64,000 nucleotides of DNA from a bacterium. GTDB taxonomy: Bacteria; UBA8248. The translations under genes and the position numbers were made by a program. The stretch is from the NCBI GenBank assembly GCA_965204535.1, contig CBDBEV010000001.1:448001-512000 (forward strand), given 5' to 3'. The first letter of the stretch is position 1; every line of letters begins with the position of its first letter. Shown here piece by piece: positions 21,693 to 31,522 of this stretch. The notes under the pieces are model-generated. The model had not been told where the DNA came from and did no database searches. It worked only from the letters and a program-made list of their open reading frames with translations.

Positions 21693-23312
21693 GTGAGCGG
21701 CTCACGGATTGATGCCGCGATGGATGCGCTACGCCGGTGCGTGGCTCGCGACCGGCGCCGCCCGGCGGCGGCGGCCGTTCTGGGCGCCCTGGGCGTGGCG
21801 GCGCTGCCGCCGGTCCACGCCGTGCCGCTGCTGGTCGTCTCCTTCACGGGTTTCGTCCGGCTGATCCATTCCGTCTCCTCGCCGTGGCGTGCCGCCGCCG
21901 TGGGCTGGTGGTTCGGTTTCGCCCATTTCATCATGGGCGTGTACTGGATCGCTCCGGCTGCGCTCCTGCTGACCGAATCCACGCCGGCGGCCGTGATCGG
22001 GCTGCTCGGCCTCTCGGCGATCCTCGCCATTTTTCCGGCACTCGCCGCCTTCGCTGCGCGGTTGCTTCCGCTGGCCATCGCCGGCCGCGTGCTCGCTTTC
22101 GCCATCGCCTGGAGCGCCTCGGAGTGGCTGCGCGGCAACGTCCTGAGCGGTTTCCCGATGAACATCATGGGCACGGTCTGGGCGCCCTCGCTCGCCATGA
22201 TCCAGTTCACCGCGCTTGCCGGGGCCTATGGCTTGGGGTTCGTGACCGTTCTCGCCGCAGCCGCCCCCGCGGCGCTGTCCCTCCCTCCCCGGAGCGGACG
22301 TTCCTGGGCGCTGCCTGCGGCGGCGTTCGGACTGCTGACGGCGGTCTGGGCGGGCGGAGCCGTCCGCCTCGCGTTCGCGCCCGAGCCGCCGCCCACCGGC
22401 GTCAGCCTGCGCCTCGTACAGGCCAATATCCATCAAAGGTTCAAGTGGCGCGAGAAGAGGCGCAAGGCGGTACTGGATCAACACGTGCGCCTCTCGCGCC
22501 GGCCGGGCTTCGAGGCGGTCGACCTGGTGATCTGGCCGGAGATGACGGTGACCTTCAATCTAGCCGGGAATGCGCCGTTGCGCGCCCGCCTCTCCCGGGC
22601 AGCGCCCCCGGACGGCCACCTCCTGACGGGCTCGTTGCGCCGCACTCGAAAGGCGGGACGCGCGACCGCCGTCTGGAACAGCCTTCACGCGCTGACGCCC
22701 GGAGGCGCCATCGCGGCGACCTACAACAAACACCATCTGGTGCCTTTCGGGGAATACATGCCCCTTCGCGAGGCACACTCCTTCCGTGTCGTCCCCTACG
22801 AATCGGACGACTATTCCGCCGGGCCGGGGCCGCGTACCCTGAGCCTGCCCGGCGTGGCACCCTTCAGCCCCCTGATCTGCTACGAGGCGATCTTCCCAGG
22901 CGAGGTGGTGGCCAGCGGAGAGCGTCCGCGCTGGCTGCTAAACATCACCAACGACGCCTGGTTCGAGGGCACGTCCGGCCCCTGGCAGCACTTCGAGGCG
23001 GCCCGCCTGCGGGCGGTCGAGGAGGGCCTGCCGCTGGTGCGCGCAACGAACACCGGCATCTCCGCCGTCGTCGACGCCTGGGGCCGCGTGACGGGGCGGC
23101 TCGGGCCGGGCGAGGAAGGCGTGCTCGACGTCCCCCTGCCGCCGCCGACGAGAGCGCCGACGCCTCACGCGCGGTTCGGCGGCTGGACGTTCGCCGCCTT
23201 GCTGCTTCTCGCCGCCTCGGCCCTGCCCGCATTCGGGCTGCGGGGGAGAACCAAAGAGGGCGGGCCGACGGCGACGAAAAAAATTGTGTCTCCCCCACGG
23301 GCATTGGTATGA
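21693..23312 (+). CDS. lnt: apolipoprotein N-acyltransferase
   Basis: EWLRG..GFP, VQANI, IWPE, YNKHHLVPFGEY, LICYEAIF, NITNDAWF, RAVEEG, RATNTGIS. Confidence 0.95.
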   Translation: MSGSRIDAAMDALRRCVARDRRRPAAAAVLGALGVAALPPVHAVPLLVVSFTGFVRLIHSVSSPWRAAAVGWWFGFAHFIMGVYWIAPAALLLTESTPAAVIGLLGLSAILAIFPALAAFAARLLPLAIAGRVLAFAIAWSASEWLRGNVLSGFPMNIMGTVWAPSLAMIQFTALAGAYGLGFVTVLAAAAPAALSLPPRSGRSWALPAAAFGLLTAVWAGGAVRLAFAPEPPPTGVSLRLVQANIHQRFKWREKRRKAVLDQHVRLSRRPGFEAVDLVIWPEMTVTFNLAGNAPLRARLSRAAPPDGHLLTGSLRRTRKAGRATAVWNSLHALTPGGAIAATYNKHHLVPFGEYMPLREAHSFRVVPYESDDYSAGPGPRTLSLPGVAPFSPLICYEAIFPGEVVASGERPRWLLNITNDAWFEGTSGPWQHFEAARLRAVEEGLPLVRATNTGISAVVDAWGRVTGRLGPGEEGVLDVPLPPPTRAPTPHARFGGWTFAALLLLAASALPAFGLRGRTKEGGPTATKKIVSPPRALV

Positions 23313-23391
23313 TGCGCTATCGAGAGAGAGTGTTCCGTTGCGAAGTCGAATATGCGACTTCCAGTCGAAACCAACAGAGGAGGAAGGTGAA

Positions 23392-23708
23392 ATGACGGCT
23401 AGCATCCTGGTATCGGCGGTGTTTTTAGTTTCCATCGCGATGGCGCCCGCCGCAGCGCGTGCGTCCAGTGACCCCCCCCGCCGCCCAAGACCGTGGTCGA
23501 AGCCTGCACCGAGAGCTGGCAGAACAGCGCTGCGGACTCGACCTGCTCGAACGAGCAATTCACGAAAGTGCTGAACTACAGATGCCGGGTCACGGCGTAT
23601 TGCCAGACGAACAGCGGCGGCACGAACAAGACATGGAAGACGGTGGAGCGCGACGACGCCGACAGGCTGGTGAACTGCAACGGCATCCTCAGGCTCGACA
23701 CCTGCTGA
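23392..23708 (+). pseudogene. family A 6-Cys secreted protein, frameshifted at a C8 tract
   Basis: Signal peptide MTASILVS..ARA-SSD. C8 at 23472-23479; C9 would restore DPPPPPKTVVEACTESWQNSAADSTC..CRVTAYC..VNCNGILRLDTC. Confidence 0.85.
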
Positions 23709-23857
23709 CGCAGCGGGTAGCGGTGCGAAGGGGAGTGGTCGAAGCCTCGGCCTTCCTTTCCTTTCCCGTATATCGCCCTGAGGCGCGCAAAACGCGCATC
23801 GGCTCGATTTCCGGTTGTGCCCGCGAACGATGCGCTGATGAGGAGTGCGCCGCCCGA

Positions 23858-25057
23858 CTATGACCCGCGCAGGGCCGCGACGGGATCGAGCCTGGCCGCC
23901 TGCAATGCGGGATAGAACCCGAAGAACACGCCGGCGGCGCCGGCCACGCCCACCCCGAGACCCATGGCCGCCGCCGAGATCAGGAATGTCCAGCCCGTGA
24001 ACTGGCAGATCGCCCAGGTCGCCCCGATCCCCGCAGCGGTACCGACCATGCCGCCGGCCAGTGACAGCATGAGCGATTCGATCAGGAACTGGCTCTGGAT
24101 GTCCGTGCGGCGCGCACCGAGAGCGCGCCGGATGCCGATCTCCTGGCGCCGCTCGGCCACCGACACGAGCATGACGTTCATGACCCCTATCCCTCCTACG
24201 AGGAGCGAGATACCGCCCACCGAGCCGAGCATCAGCGCGAACAGCCGCATCTGCTTGTGCATCTGCTCGATCAATTGCTCGGCGCTTCGCACGCGGACTT
24301 CGAGGCCGGGCGCTTTGCGCCGGAAATATCCTTCGACCTCCCTCGTCGCCGCCACATGGTGCGCTCCGGGACTCATGCGCGCCGTGACATAGCGGATCCC
24401 GGGGGAGCGAAACACTCGCTGCGCCGTCGAGACGGGGATGATGATCGAGCGGTTCGCATCGAAACGGCGCTTGCCTTGCGGAGTGCGCTTCAGCACGCCC
24501 ACGACGGTATAGGCGGCGGCACCCGCCTTCACGGTCTCGCCGACGATACGCTCGAAGTCGGTTTCGCGCATGTCCGAGGCGACCTGCGCCCCGACCACGC
24601 AGAAATACCGGCGGTGGTCAAGATCGGAAATGTGCCTGCCCGCCTCGACCCGAAGCTTGTTGAGGTCGGCGAGGGCGGCGGTGGCGCCGATGAGCGTCAC
24701 GTCCTTGATCGTCCTTCCGGCGAAAATGATCTCTTCGTAGGAGGTGGCGTAGGGCGCCGCCGCTGCGATGGCGGGAAGCGCCGTGAGTCCGAGGGCTTTC
24801 TTCGGGGAGACGGCAATCGGGCCTGTTCCGGCGGCGCTCTGCTGGAGGCGGATGTTCAGAATGTCCGTGCCCAGTTCCCGGAAGTGCTTCAGGGCTTCGT
24901 CCCTGGCGGTCATCCCCACCGAAACCATCGCGATCACCGAACCGACGCCGATCACGATGCCGAGCAGGGCGAGCAGGCTGCGCTGGCGGGCGGTGGCCAG
25001 GCTGCTCGCCGCCTCCTTCAGATTGGCCTTGAGGAGAACAATCATCCAGCTCACCAA
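23858..25057 (-). CDS. MacB/FtsX-type ABC permease
   Basis: RSLLALLGIVIGVGSVI, periplasmic domain, GGIGVMNVMLVSVAERRQEIGIRRALGA, PALQAARLDPVAALR. Confidence 0.95.
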   Translation of the reverse strand: MVSWMIVLLKANLKEAASSLATARQRSLLALLGIVIGVGSVIAMVSVGMTARDEALKHFRELGTDILNIRLQQSAAGTGPIAVSPKKALGLTALPAIAAAAPYATSYEEIIFAGRTIKDVTLIGATAALADLNKLRVEAGRHISDLDHRRYFCVVGAQVASDMRETDFERIVGETVKAGAAAYTVVGVLKRTPQGKRRFDANRSIIIPVSTAQRVFRSPGIRYVTARMSPGAHHVAATREVEGYFRRKAPGLEVRVRSAEQLIEQMHKQMRLFALMLGSVGGISLLVGGIGVMNVMLVSVAERRQEIGIRRALGARRTDIQSQFLIESLMLSLAGGMVGTAAGIGATWAICQFTGWTFLISAAAMGLGVGVAGAAGVFFGFYPALQAARLDPVAALRGS

Positions 25058-25801
25058 TCACGGCGCGCCGGGGACGGAGGCCCGCTCCGCCGGAAGCGCC
25101 GCTTCGCTCAGGACGCCGTCGAGAATCCGGGTGCGCCTCGCGCACTGGCGGGCAACATCCCGGTCATGGGTGATGATAATGGCGGTGAGCCCCTCTTCGG
25201 CGTTCAATCCGGCGAACAGCCCCATGATCTCGCCGCCTGTATCCGCGTCCAGGGCGCCGGTGGGTTCGTCGGCCAACAGGATATCCGGTTCGCCCACCAG
25301 CGCCCGCGCGATGGCGACGCGCTGCCGCTGGCCTCCGGAAAGCTCGGCGGGCCGATGGCCTGCGCGGTCCCCCATGCCCACCTTCTCGAGCATTTCGCGG
25401 GCCCGGCGCCGCATGATCGCCGCGCCTGCGCCCCGATACACCAGCGGAACGGCGACGTTCTCCCAGGCCGTCAGGCGCGGAAGCAGATGGAACGACTGGA
25501 AAACGAAGCCGATGCTGGCGTTGCGCAGGGCGGACAGTTCGGCGTCGCTCATCGCGCCGATCTCGCGCCCCTTGAGGAAGTAGGAGCCGGAGGTCGGCCG
25601 GTCGAGAAGGCCGATGATGTTCATCAGCGTTGATTTGCCGCAGCCCGACGGCCCCATGATCGACAAAAGATCGCCCTTGTACACGTCAAGCCTGATTTCC
25701 CGGAGTATCTCCGTCTCGATTGGCCCCGTGGCGTAGCTCTTGCGGATATCGACCAGGCTCAGCATGATCTCCGGGTGCGCTTCGCCGTTTCCTTCGTTCA
25801 T
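25058..25801 (-). CDS. MacB/LolD-type ABC ATP-binding protein
   Basis: GPSGCGKST, IGFVFQSFHL, LSGGQRQRVAIARAL, LADEPTGALD, ITHD. Confidence 0.96.
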   Translation of the reverse strand: MNEGNGEAHPEIMLSLVDIRKSYATGPIETEILREIRLDVYKGDLLSIMGPSGCGKSTLMNIIGLLDRPTSGSYFLKGREIGAMSDAELSALRNASIGFVFQSFHLLPRLTAWENVAVPLVYRGAGAAIMRRRAREMLEKVGMGDRAGHRPAELSGGQRQRVAIARALVGEPDILLADEPTGALDADTGGEIMGLFAGLNAEEGLTAIIITHDRDVARQCARRTRILDGVLSEAALPAERASVPGAP

Positions 25802-25804
25802 CGC

Positions 25805-27649
25805 TTATCGACCTCCGATCAGGATTTCATCGCCGGGAGATATCCCGTCGATGATCTCGACCGAGTCCACGGTGGTCATGCCGGTGACCACCTCGACCGC
25901 CCTGGCCTCGCCGGAGCCGCGGTCCCTGACCCACAGCCAGGGCCGGCCGTCCTGCAACTCCACCGCCCCGACGGGAATCAGCAATGCGTTCTCCTTTTCG
26001 TAGACGACCACCTCGACCCTGGCGGACATGCCCAGGCGCAGCAGCCGGCGCACCTCCTCCGTCAGGGACTCCACGACGGCGGCGACCTCGAAAGTCGGCA
26101 GTCCCCTGCGGCCGGCGGCGGGGAGGATGGCTTGCGAAGAAACGCGGTTGACCTCGCCGCGCAGCACGACGCCGGGAAAGGCGTCGCCCACGACCCTGGC
26201 CGATTGGCCCGGGCGGATGCGCGTTACGTCCACCTCGTCCACATGGCCGATGACCGTCAGGCCCTCGAGGTCGCCGATCGTCAGCAGCAGGTCTCCCCGC
26301 TCGACGAACGCGCCTCTCGCCAGCTTGTCGCTCTCCTCGCCTGGACGCGCCGCCGACTTTTCTCCCTTCGAATGCAGGATTACCCCGGACACCGGTGCGG
26401 TCACCCTCGCCTTGCTCAGGATTCCCTCCAGGCGTTTCAGCCGGGCGCGCGCGTTGGCCAGTTCCAGCCGCGCCACGTCGAGTTCGGCGGCGCCCCTTGC
26501 CAGGACCGCCTCGAGGTCCATCTCCGCCGCCTGGAGGTCCAGCAACTGGTTGCGGTGCTCCCGCTCGGCCGCCTCGTGCTCCGACGCCGGGATGATGCCC
26601 CGCTTCAGCAGGAAGGCGGTTTCCGAGAGCCGGTTCTTCAGAGACTCCAGCGCGATCCTCCTCTTGCTCACGGCCCTCCGGGCGCGTGATACTTCGGTGT
26701 GATTGGACCAGTCCTTCAGCTCCTCGACCCGGTCGCGCGCCTTGATATGGGCGACCTGCGCCTCGCGATGGCTGATCCGAACCTCGGCAACGTCCATGTC
26801 CAGCAGTCGCTGGCCCTTGGCCACTCGTTGGCCCGGCCGGACGTGCACCGCATCCACCTTGCCCTGCATCGGGCTGACGACCTCGACCTCCCGTCTCGGC
26901 GCGAGCCGCCCGAGAATGGTGACGGTCGAGGAAATGCGCCGCGGCTCGACCACCAGAAGCCGGAGATCTTCCGGGGCGGGCGGAGCCGGGACGGCGGCTC
27001 CGCTTCCGGCCGGCGGGCCGGCGCCCGTGCCGACGTCCCAGAAGTACAGGCCGATCGCGGCGAACAGCATCACCAACGCCAGCACCGCGCCCGTCCTGAC
27101 GACACGGATATTCTTCGAGGCTACGCCCAGTTTCCGGCTCGTCTCCTCCAGCTTCAGATATGCTTCCCGGAGTTCGGCGTGCTTCGCCTCCATCTCCCTG
27201 GCCAGACGAAGTTCGGTTTCCCGCAGCTCCCTGATCTCGGTGATGTCGCTGAACAACGAGATCACGCCAATCCTGGCGGTCTCGCCGCTGCGCTCATCCC
27301 TCAAATACGTCGTCGCCATGGACAGGGAGCGTGTCTTGCCGCCGAGGGTCGCCTCCACCACGCGCTGATGGACCATGGACGAGTCGTAGACGGCGTCGAA
27401 GATCACGTCGGTGAATTCGTCCAGGCCTTCTTTTTGCGAGAAAACCTCGAAGAAGTTGCGGCCGATCACCGCCTCGCCCGTCATGTTGCAGATCTCAGCG
27501 GCCGCCGCGTTGAAACTCGTGATGACTCCGTCGGCGTCGATCGACATGACCCCGCTCGCCACGTTGTCCAGGACATTCTTGTAGATGAGATCAGCGGACG
27601 ACCGGTCGCCGCTCCCGGGCGCTCGCCTCCTGTCCTCCTCGCCGCTCAC
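25805..27649 (-). CDS. membrane-fusion (periplasmic adaptor) protein with N-terminal cytoplasmic PAS domain
   Basis: GTG start overlaps the TolC stop (GTGA). PAS (VLDNVASGVMSIDADGVITSFNAAA..IGR..FSDITE), coiled coil, one TM, then SPMQGKV..PGQRV.KGQ, APVSGV, VDEVDV..I.PGQ, LGMSA, LLIP. Confidence 0.88.
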   Translation of the reverse strand: MSGEEDRRRAPGSGDRSSADLIYKNVLDNVASGVMSIDADGVITSFNAAAAEICNMTGEAVIGRNFFEVFSQKEGLDEFTDVIFDAVYDSSMVHQRVVEATLGGKTRSLSMATTYLRDERSGETARIGVISLFSDITEIRELRETELRLAREMEAKHAELREAYLKLEETSRKLGVASKNIRVVRTGAVLALVMLFAAIGLYFWDVGTGAGPPAGSGAAVPAPPAPEDLRLLVVEPRRISSTVTILGRLAPRREVEVVSPMQGKVDAVHVRPGQRVAKGQRLLDMDVAEVRISHREAQVAHIKARDRVEELKDWSNHTEVSRARRAVSKRRIALESLKNRLSETAFLLKRGIIPASEHEAAEREHRNQLLDLQAAEMDLEAVLARGAAELDVARLELANARARLKRLEGILSKARVTAPVSGVILHSKGEKSAARPGEESDKLARGAFVERGDLLLTIGDLEGLTVIGHVDEVDVTRIRPGQSARVVGDAFPGVVLRGEVNRVSSQAILPAAGRRGLPTFEVAAVVESLTEEVRRLLRLGMSARVEVVVYEKENALLIPVGAVELQDGRPWLWVRDRGSGEARAVEVVTGMTTVDSVEIIDGISPGDEILIGGR

Positions 27650-29145
27650 CGGGCGCCCTCCCGGTCCACCTTGCCGACCTCGATGTTCCAGCGCTTGAGC
27701 GTGGTGCCCAGGGTGCGGTCCAGCGCCGTCAGGGCGGCCCGATGGGCTATGATCGAGTCCAGCTCGCTGTTCTGGGCCGACACCAGATCGTCCTCGAAGG
27801 CGACCAGGCGGAAGTTCGACGACAACCCCAGGCGCAGCTTTTCCTTTTCGATCTCCGTCTTCTGCTCCACGAGTTCGCGGGCGGAGCGCGCCAGTTCCAC
27901 CTGCCGGCCCGACAGTTCCACTTCCCGGATGGCGTTGCTCACCTCGATGTCGATTCGCTGGCGCAGGTTCGCAAGGACGTTGCGGGACTTCTCGAGTGCG
28001 ACGGCCGCCTTCACGTGTTCGTATTTCCCGGGATCCGTCGCCGCCCGGCCTATCGGGACGCCGAGATACAGCCGGGCGCCGTAGTCGGTGTCGTCGAGAC
28101 GGCCCGCGGCGGCGCCCGGGGTCCTGCCCGTACCGGAGAATTTCGTCGACAACTCCACCGAGAGATCCCACAGGCGTTCGTTGGCGGCCACCTTCGCCCG
28201 GATTTCGGCGATCCTGACGAGCACAAGCGCCCGCAGGTAATCCGGGCGATGCAGACGGGCCGTCTCGATGCCGTCCGCCGCGTCGGTTCGCGGCGGCTCC
28301 TCCTCAAGGGCGCCGGCGAGGGCGTCCGTAAGCCGGAGCCGGGTCCGGCTGTCGATGTCGAGGATGTCCGCCAGCGCCAGGCGGGCGGCGTCGAGGCTGT
28401 TCCGCGCCGAGAGCAGACGCAACTCGCGGCTGGCGATATCGGCTTGCGTCTCCACGATGTCGCGCTCGGCCATCCGGCCGGTCTGCACGAGCAGCTCGTT
28501 CACCCTCAGGAGATCACGGGCGCGCTCGAGGGACTTGGCCCGGATTTCCACGCGTCGCTCGGCCTGCATGTAATCGCGATAGCTCTCGACGACCGAGGAA
28601 ACGACTTCGATGATCGTCTGCCTGAGGGCCAGAATATTGATCTCCTCCGCAAGCCGGGCGGTTTTGACCGAGGCCGTGTTGACCCCGGCGCCCGCTCCGC
28701 GCAGCAGGGGCTGCGTGAACGTGAACTCCAGCGCGCTCGAATACCGCGGCTGCGATGAAGCGCCTCCGCTCCTGCGGCCGCCGCTCCAGGTGACCCTGAA
28801 TGTCCCGCCGGCGGGCAGGCGCACCGTGGCCCTCGACGACACGCCCGCCGCGCCGGTGTCCGTGGACGGCGCGGTGCGGCTTTTTTCGATATAGGGGCCG
28901 ATGGTCACGTGCGGACGGAACTTGTTCTCCGCCACCCGGAGAGAGAAGCGTTCCGCGACGCGATCGAGCCGCGCGTTGATCAGTTCGCGGTTGTTGCGCA
29001 TGGCCAGGGAAACGGCCTCCCCGAGGGAAAGGTGGAGATGCTCCGTCATATCGCCTTCGGGCTCTTTTCCGAACCCCGGGGCCGCACAGCAGAACAGGCT
29101 GGCCGCGGCGATGCAGGAAGCCGCCTTTGCCGAGAAAGTCGTCAC
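27646..29145 (-). CDS. TolC-family outer membrane channel
   Basis: LSLGEAVSLAMRNN, FTQPLLRGAG, V..Y, RPDY, EKEKLRLGLSS, LDRTLGT. Start codon uncertain. Confidence 0.9.
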   Translation of the reverse strand: MTTFSAKAASCIAAASLFCCAAPGFGKEPEGDMTEHLHLSLGEAVSLAMRNNRELINARLDRVAERFSLRVAENKFRPHVTIGPYIEKSRTAPSTDTGAAGVSSRATVRLPAGGTFRVTWSGGRRSGGASSQPRYSSALEFTFTQPLLRGAGAGVNTASVKTARLAEEINILALRQTIIEVVSSVVESYRDYMQAERRVEIRAKSLERARDLLRVNELLVQTGRMAERDIVETQADIASRELRLLSARNSLDAARLALADILDIDSRTRLRLTDALAGALEEEPPRTDAADGIETARLHRPDYLRALVLVRIAEIRAKVAANERLWDLSVELSTKFSGTGRTPGAAAGRLDDTDYGARLYLGVPIGRAATDPGKYEHVKAAVALEKSRNVLANLRQRIDIEVSNAIREVELSGRQVELARSARELVEQKTEIEKEKLRLGLSSNFRLVAFEDDLVSAQNSELDSIIAHRAALTALDRTLGTTLKRWNIEVGKVDREGAR

Positions 29146-29325
29146 GACCGTGTTTCTCCGGATTCGACAGCAACTCGCCGGGATGCGCAGGAGTTGTACG
29201 CAGGATTCGCGGACCCCCAACTAACGCCTTCCTGCACCGGACGGCTCTCATGGTTCGTTGCCCGGCCCCGCAGGGATTTCGCGCCCGGCCCGCCATCCCC
29301 GCCCATATGATCGCCGGCCCGCGGT

Positions 29326-29457
29326 TCAGCAACTACCGACCTTCAGCCAGCCGCTGCAGTTGAGCAGCCGCGCGGCATCCTCCGGGTCCATCACTTTCCA
29401 GGAGCGTCTCGTACCGCCTCCCACCCGGCACCTTGAGTACAAGTACCTGGTGGCTTG
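29326..29457 (-). pseudogene. orphan 3' fragment of a family A gene
   Basis: Manual translation: ...YLYSRCRVGGGTRRSWKVMDPEDAARLLNCSGWLKVGSC*; no start codon or signal peptide. Confidence 0.75.
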
Positions 29458-29476
29458 ATCGGCTTGGGATCGTCCC

Positions 29477-29788
29477 TCAGCAGCTCAGCTTGAGCCTGCC
29501 GTTGCAGTTCACCACCGAACCTGCATTGTCCGGGTCGAGATCAATCGTGGTATACACGTTTACGTATTCCGACTTGCGGCAGTTTGCCCCGATTCTGCAC
29601 TCGCCGTAATTCACCTCCCGGAACCCCTCATTCCAGCAGGTCGAATTCGCGGAACTTGTCTCATAATTATCCTCGCAAGTTTCAGCCACGGACTTTGGCG
29701 GCGGCGGGGAAGTGCCAGATATTGCCGGGTTTGTGGATGAGGTCAGCAAAACAACCAAGGTAAACACAAGCACAAGTTTGGGCATCAT
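29477..29788 (-). CDS. small secreted 6-Cys protein, family A
   Basis: Signal peptide; SPPPPKSVAETCEDNYETSSANSTC..CRIGANC..TTIDL..VNCNGRLKLSC. Confidence 0.88.
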   Translation of the reverse strand: MMPKLVLVFTLVVLLTSSTNPAISGTSPPPPKSVAETCEDNYETSSANSTCWNEGFREVNYGECRIGANCRKSEYVNVYTTIDLDPDNAGSVVNCNGRLKLSC

Positions 29789-29838
29789 GTTCTTTTCTCC
29801 GCATCCTCAATAAGTCCGTTCGGGCTTGCAGCGCCTTG

Positions 29839-30030
29839 TCAGCAACTCCCGACCTGCAGCACCAATCGATTGCAGTGATGTATCTTGCCGGCATCCCCTT
29901 CCGACACACCAGTGATGATCGCATCCCCCCTGTCGTCGCCGGTAGTGGTCTGGTATGTACATCGGGCACCGAAATTGCACTTGTTGTCAGTCACCCACGT
30001 ATTTCTCCGTTGGCAGGTCTGGCTGGCAGG
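29839..30030 (-). pseudogene. orphan 3' fragment of a family A gene (close paralog of 33217-33540)
   Basis: Manual translation: PASQTCQRRNTWVTDNKCNFGARCTYQTTTGDD..GDAGKIHHCNRLVLQVGSC*. Confidence 0.8.
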
Positions 30031-30055
30031 CGGTTCAATGAGCGGTTCAATTTAT

Positions 30056-30415
30056 CTAGCACGCTACCGTTTGCATGGTTTTTTTATCGATACAGTTTTG
30101 GCACGCCCCTTCGACATAATCTCTGTTGCAATTACTCAAGTTCCCCGCATTGTTGGCATCCACAACAATACTCGTACTCTTGAACTCATTTGCGGTGTTG
30201 GTCTCACAGCTCGCGCTTACGCGACAATTGTTTTCGTCAACCTTGGTAAACGTCTCCCCATTGCAGGTATGACGCGCAGACGATGCGTTATTATAGTTTT
30301 GCTGGCAAAAGAACACCGTATCCCGAACTGGCTGTGGATCCCCCGCCGCATTCGCTGTTGAAAAAGACCCTGCCGTCACCGTTGCCAAAATCACCATCAT
30401 GACTAGACTTTTCAT
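30056..30415 (-). CDS. small secreted 8-Cys protein, family A (long subtype)
   Basis: AAGGAG RBS; MKSLVMM signal; FCQQNYNNASSARHTC..CRVSASC..LSNCN..GACQNCIDKKTMQTVAC. Confidence 0.88.
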   Translation of the reverse strand: MKSLVMMVILATVTAGSFSTANAAGDPQPVRDTVFFCQQNYNNASSARHTCNGETFTKVDENNCRVSASCETNTANEFKSTSIVVDANNAGNLSNCNRDYVEGACQNCIDKKTMQTVAC

Positions 30416-30675
30416 GTGATATCTCCTTATATTCATCCGATAACTGCCTGCATCGCGCGCTGATGCCGGCCTCTTCTTCGGATGACGGGCTGTAGCCGAT
30501 GCCGCCGCCGTGCGCAAGCCCCGGCGGGCTCCCCTCGGGCAATGTCTCATTTTCGGATATCCCTCCCCAAGAAACATCTGTTCGTTTATTACTCAAATTT
30601 TACCAAAGTGGTATATCTTTTTCGTATTGCTTATCCCTGATTTCATATATTTTTCGTGTAAAATGCATTTTTTCT
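30416..30675 (-). promoter_or_regulatory. shared island promoter cassette, copy C, with leader (duplicated at 33601-33895)
   Basis: ACACGAAAA / ATATGAAAT / ATACGAAAA boxes, TTTGGTAAAAT, AATAAACGAACAGATGT. Confidence 0.65.
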
Positions 30676-31339
30676 TGCAAAAACAGCGGCTGGGACCGAA
30701 TGGCGCATGAACTTTAGCCGATTCCTCAATGACTTGACCGCGACCCCTGACTGACCGGCCGCCGTGGCGTTTCTCTCCCGGTTCTGCGGTTGTTGCTCCC
30801 CAGATTGAAGACAGTGTCCGGCCAGCCGGCTGCGAGCGTAAGCGAGCCCCGTTCCTGTTCTTTGAAGGTCGATACTTTCACAGTCTCATACGCGCCCGGC
30901 TCCGGGGGGCGCGGCCTCTCGCTGCGGGCGGGCTCCTCCTGGGGCGCCTCCGCCGGCGGTGCGAAGCGGCGGGAGCGGGGGACGGCGCCGGGAAGGCCGG
31001 ATAAGCGATGCGGCACATATTTGCGACTCTGGCGGCAATCGTCATCGGGGGGGATACGCGACGCGCTGCTGAGACGCACCGGAAGGGAAAAGGACTGGGG
31101 GAAAAGCATGACGGATCCCCGGAGGCTCGGGTCAAGGTTCTTGTGACGATATGCGCTGTTCTCACAGCAGAGCGCCCGAACGGCAAGACAATACATGAGG
31201 TGGTTTCTCGAACCCGGCGGGAGGCGGGCCTGAAGCGACCGGCTGAATACAGAACAGGCGCCGCTGAGGCCCTGCAGCCGATTTTTCGGGAACGTTGCGA
31301 AATTCCTGCAGGAGCAGACGGACAAGCGATATCCAGAAG

Positions 31340-31460
31340 TACACGATAAAAACATTAAATAAAAGAATATAACACGATTAAGATATATAAAAGATGTACA
31401 GCTTTTGGTAAGATGAGGACGATAAACTGGAACAGATGTCCCATCGTGAGAAGTAGCCGG
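31340..31460 (+). promoter_or_regulatory. shared island promoter cassette, copy D
   Basis: ACACGATAA boxes, TTTTGGTAAGAT and GACGATAAACTGGAACAGATGTCCC; nearly the same as copy A. Confidence 0.6.
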
Positions 31461-31522
31461 GATGAGCGCACCGCCCGGCTCTTTTTCGGGAAATCGCAAT
31501 AGCGGGAAGGGAGGATGAAACG

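Noticed and set aside
27650-28171. N-terminal extension of the 788-aa adaptor ORF
   Set aside because: It overlaps tolC out of frame; the GTGA-coupled start at 27649 is more plausible.
23858-29145. Exporter as a classical type I secretion system for the RTX protein, or a plain macrolide pump
   Set aside because: The ABC is MacB-type (split ATPase and permease), not HlyB/PrtD-type, and the RTX protein has a signal peptide. Operon context favours small-protein cargo, though drug efflux cannot be excluded.
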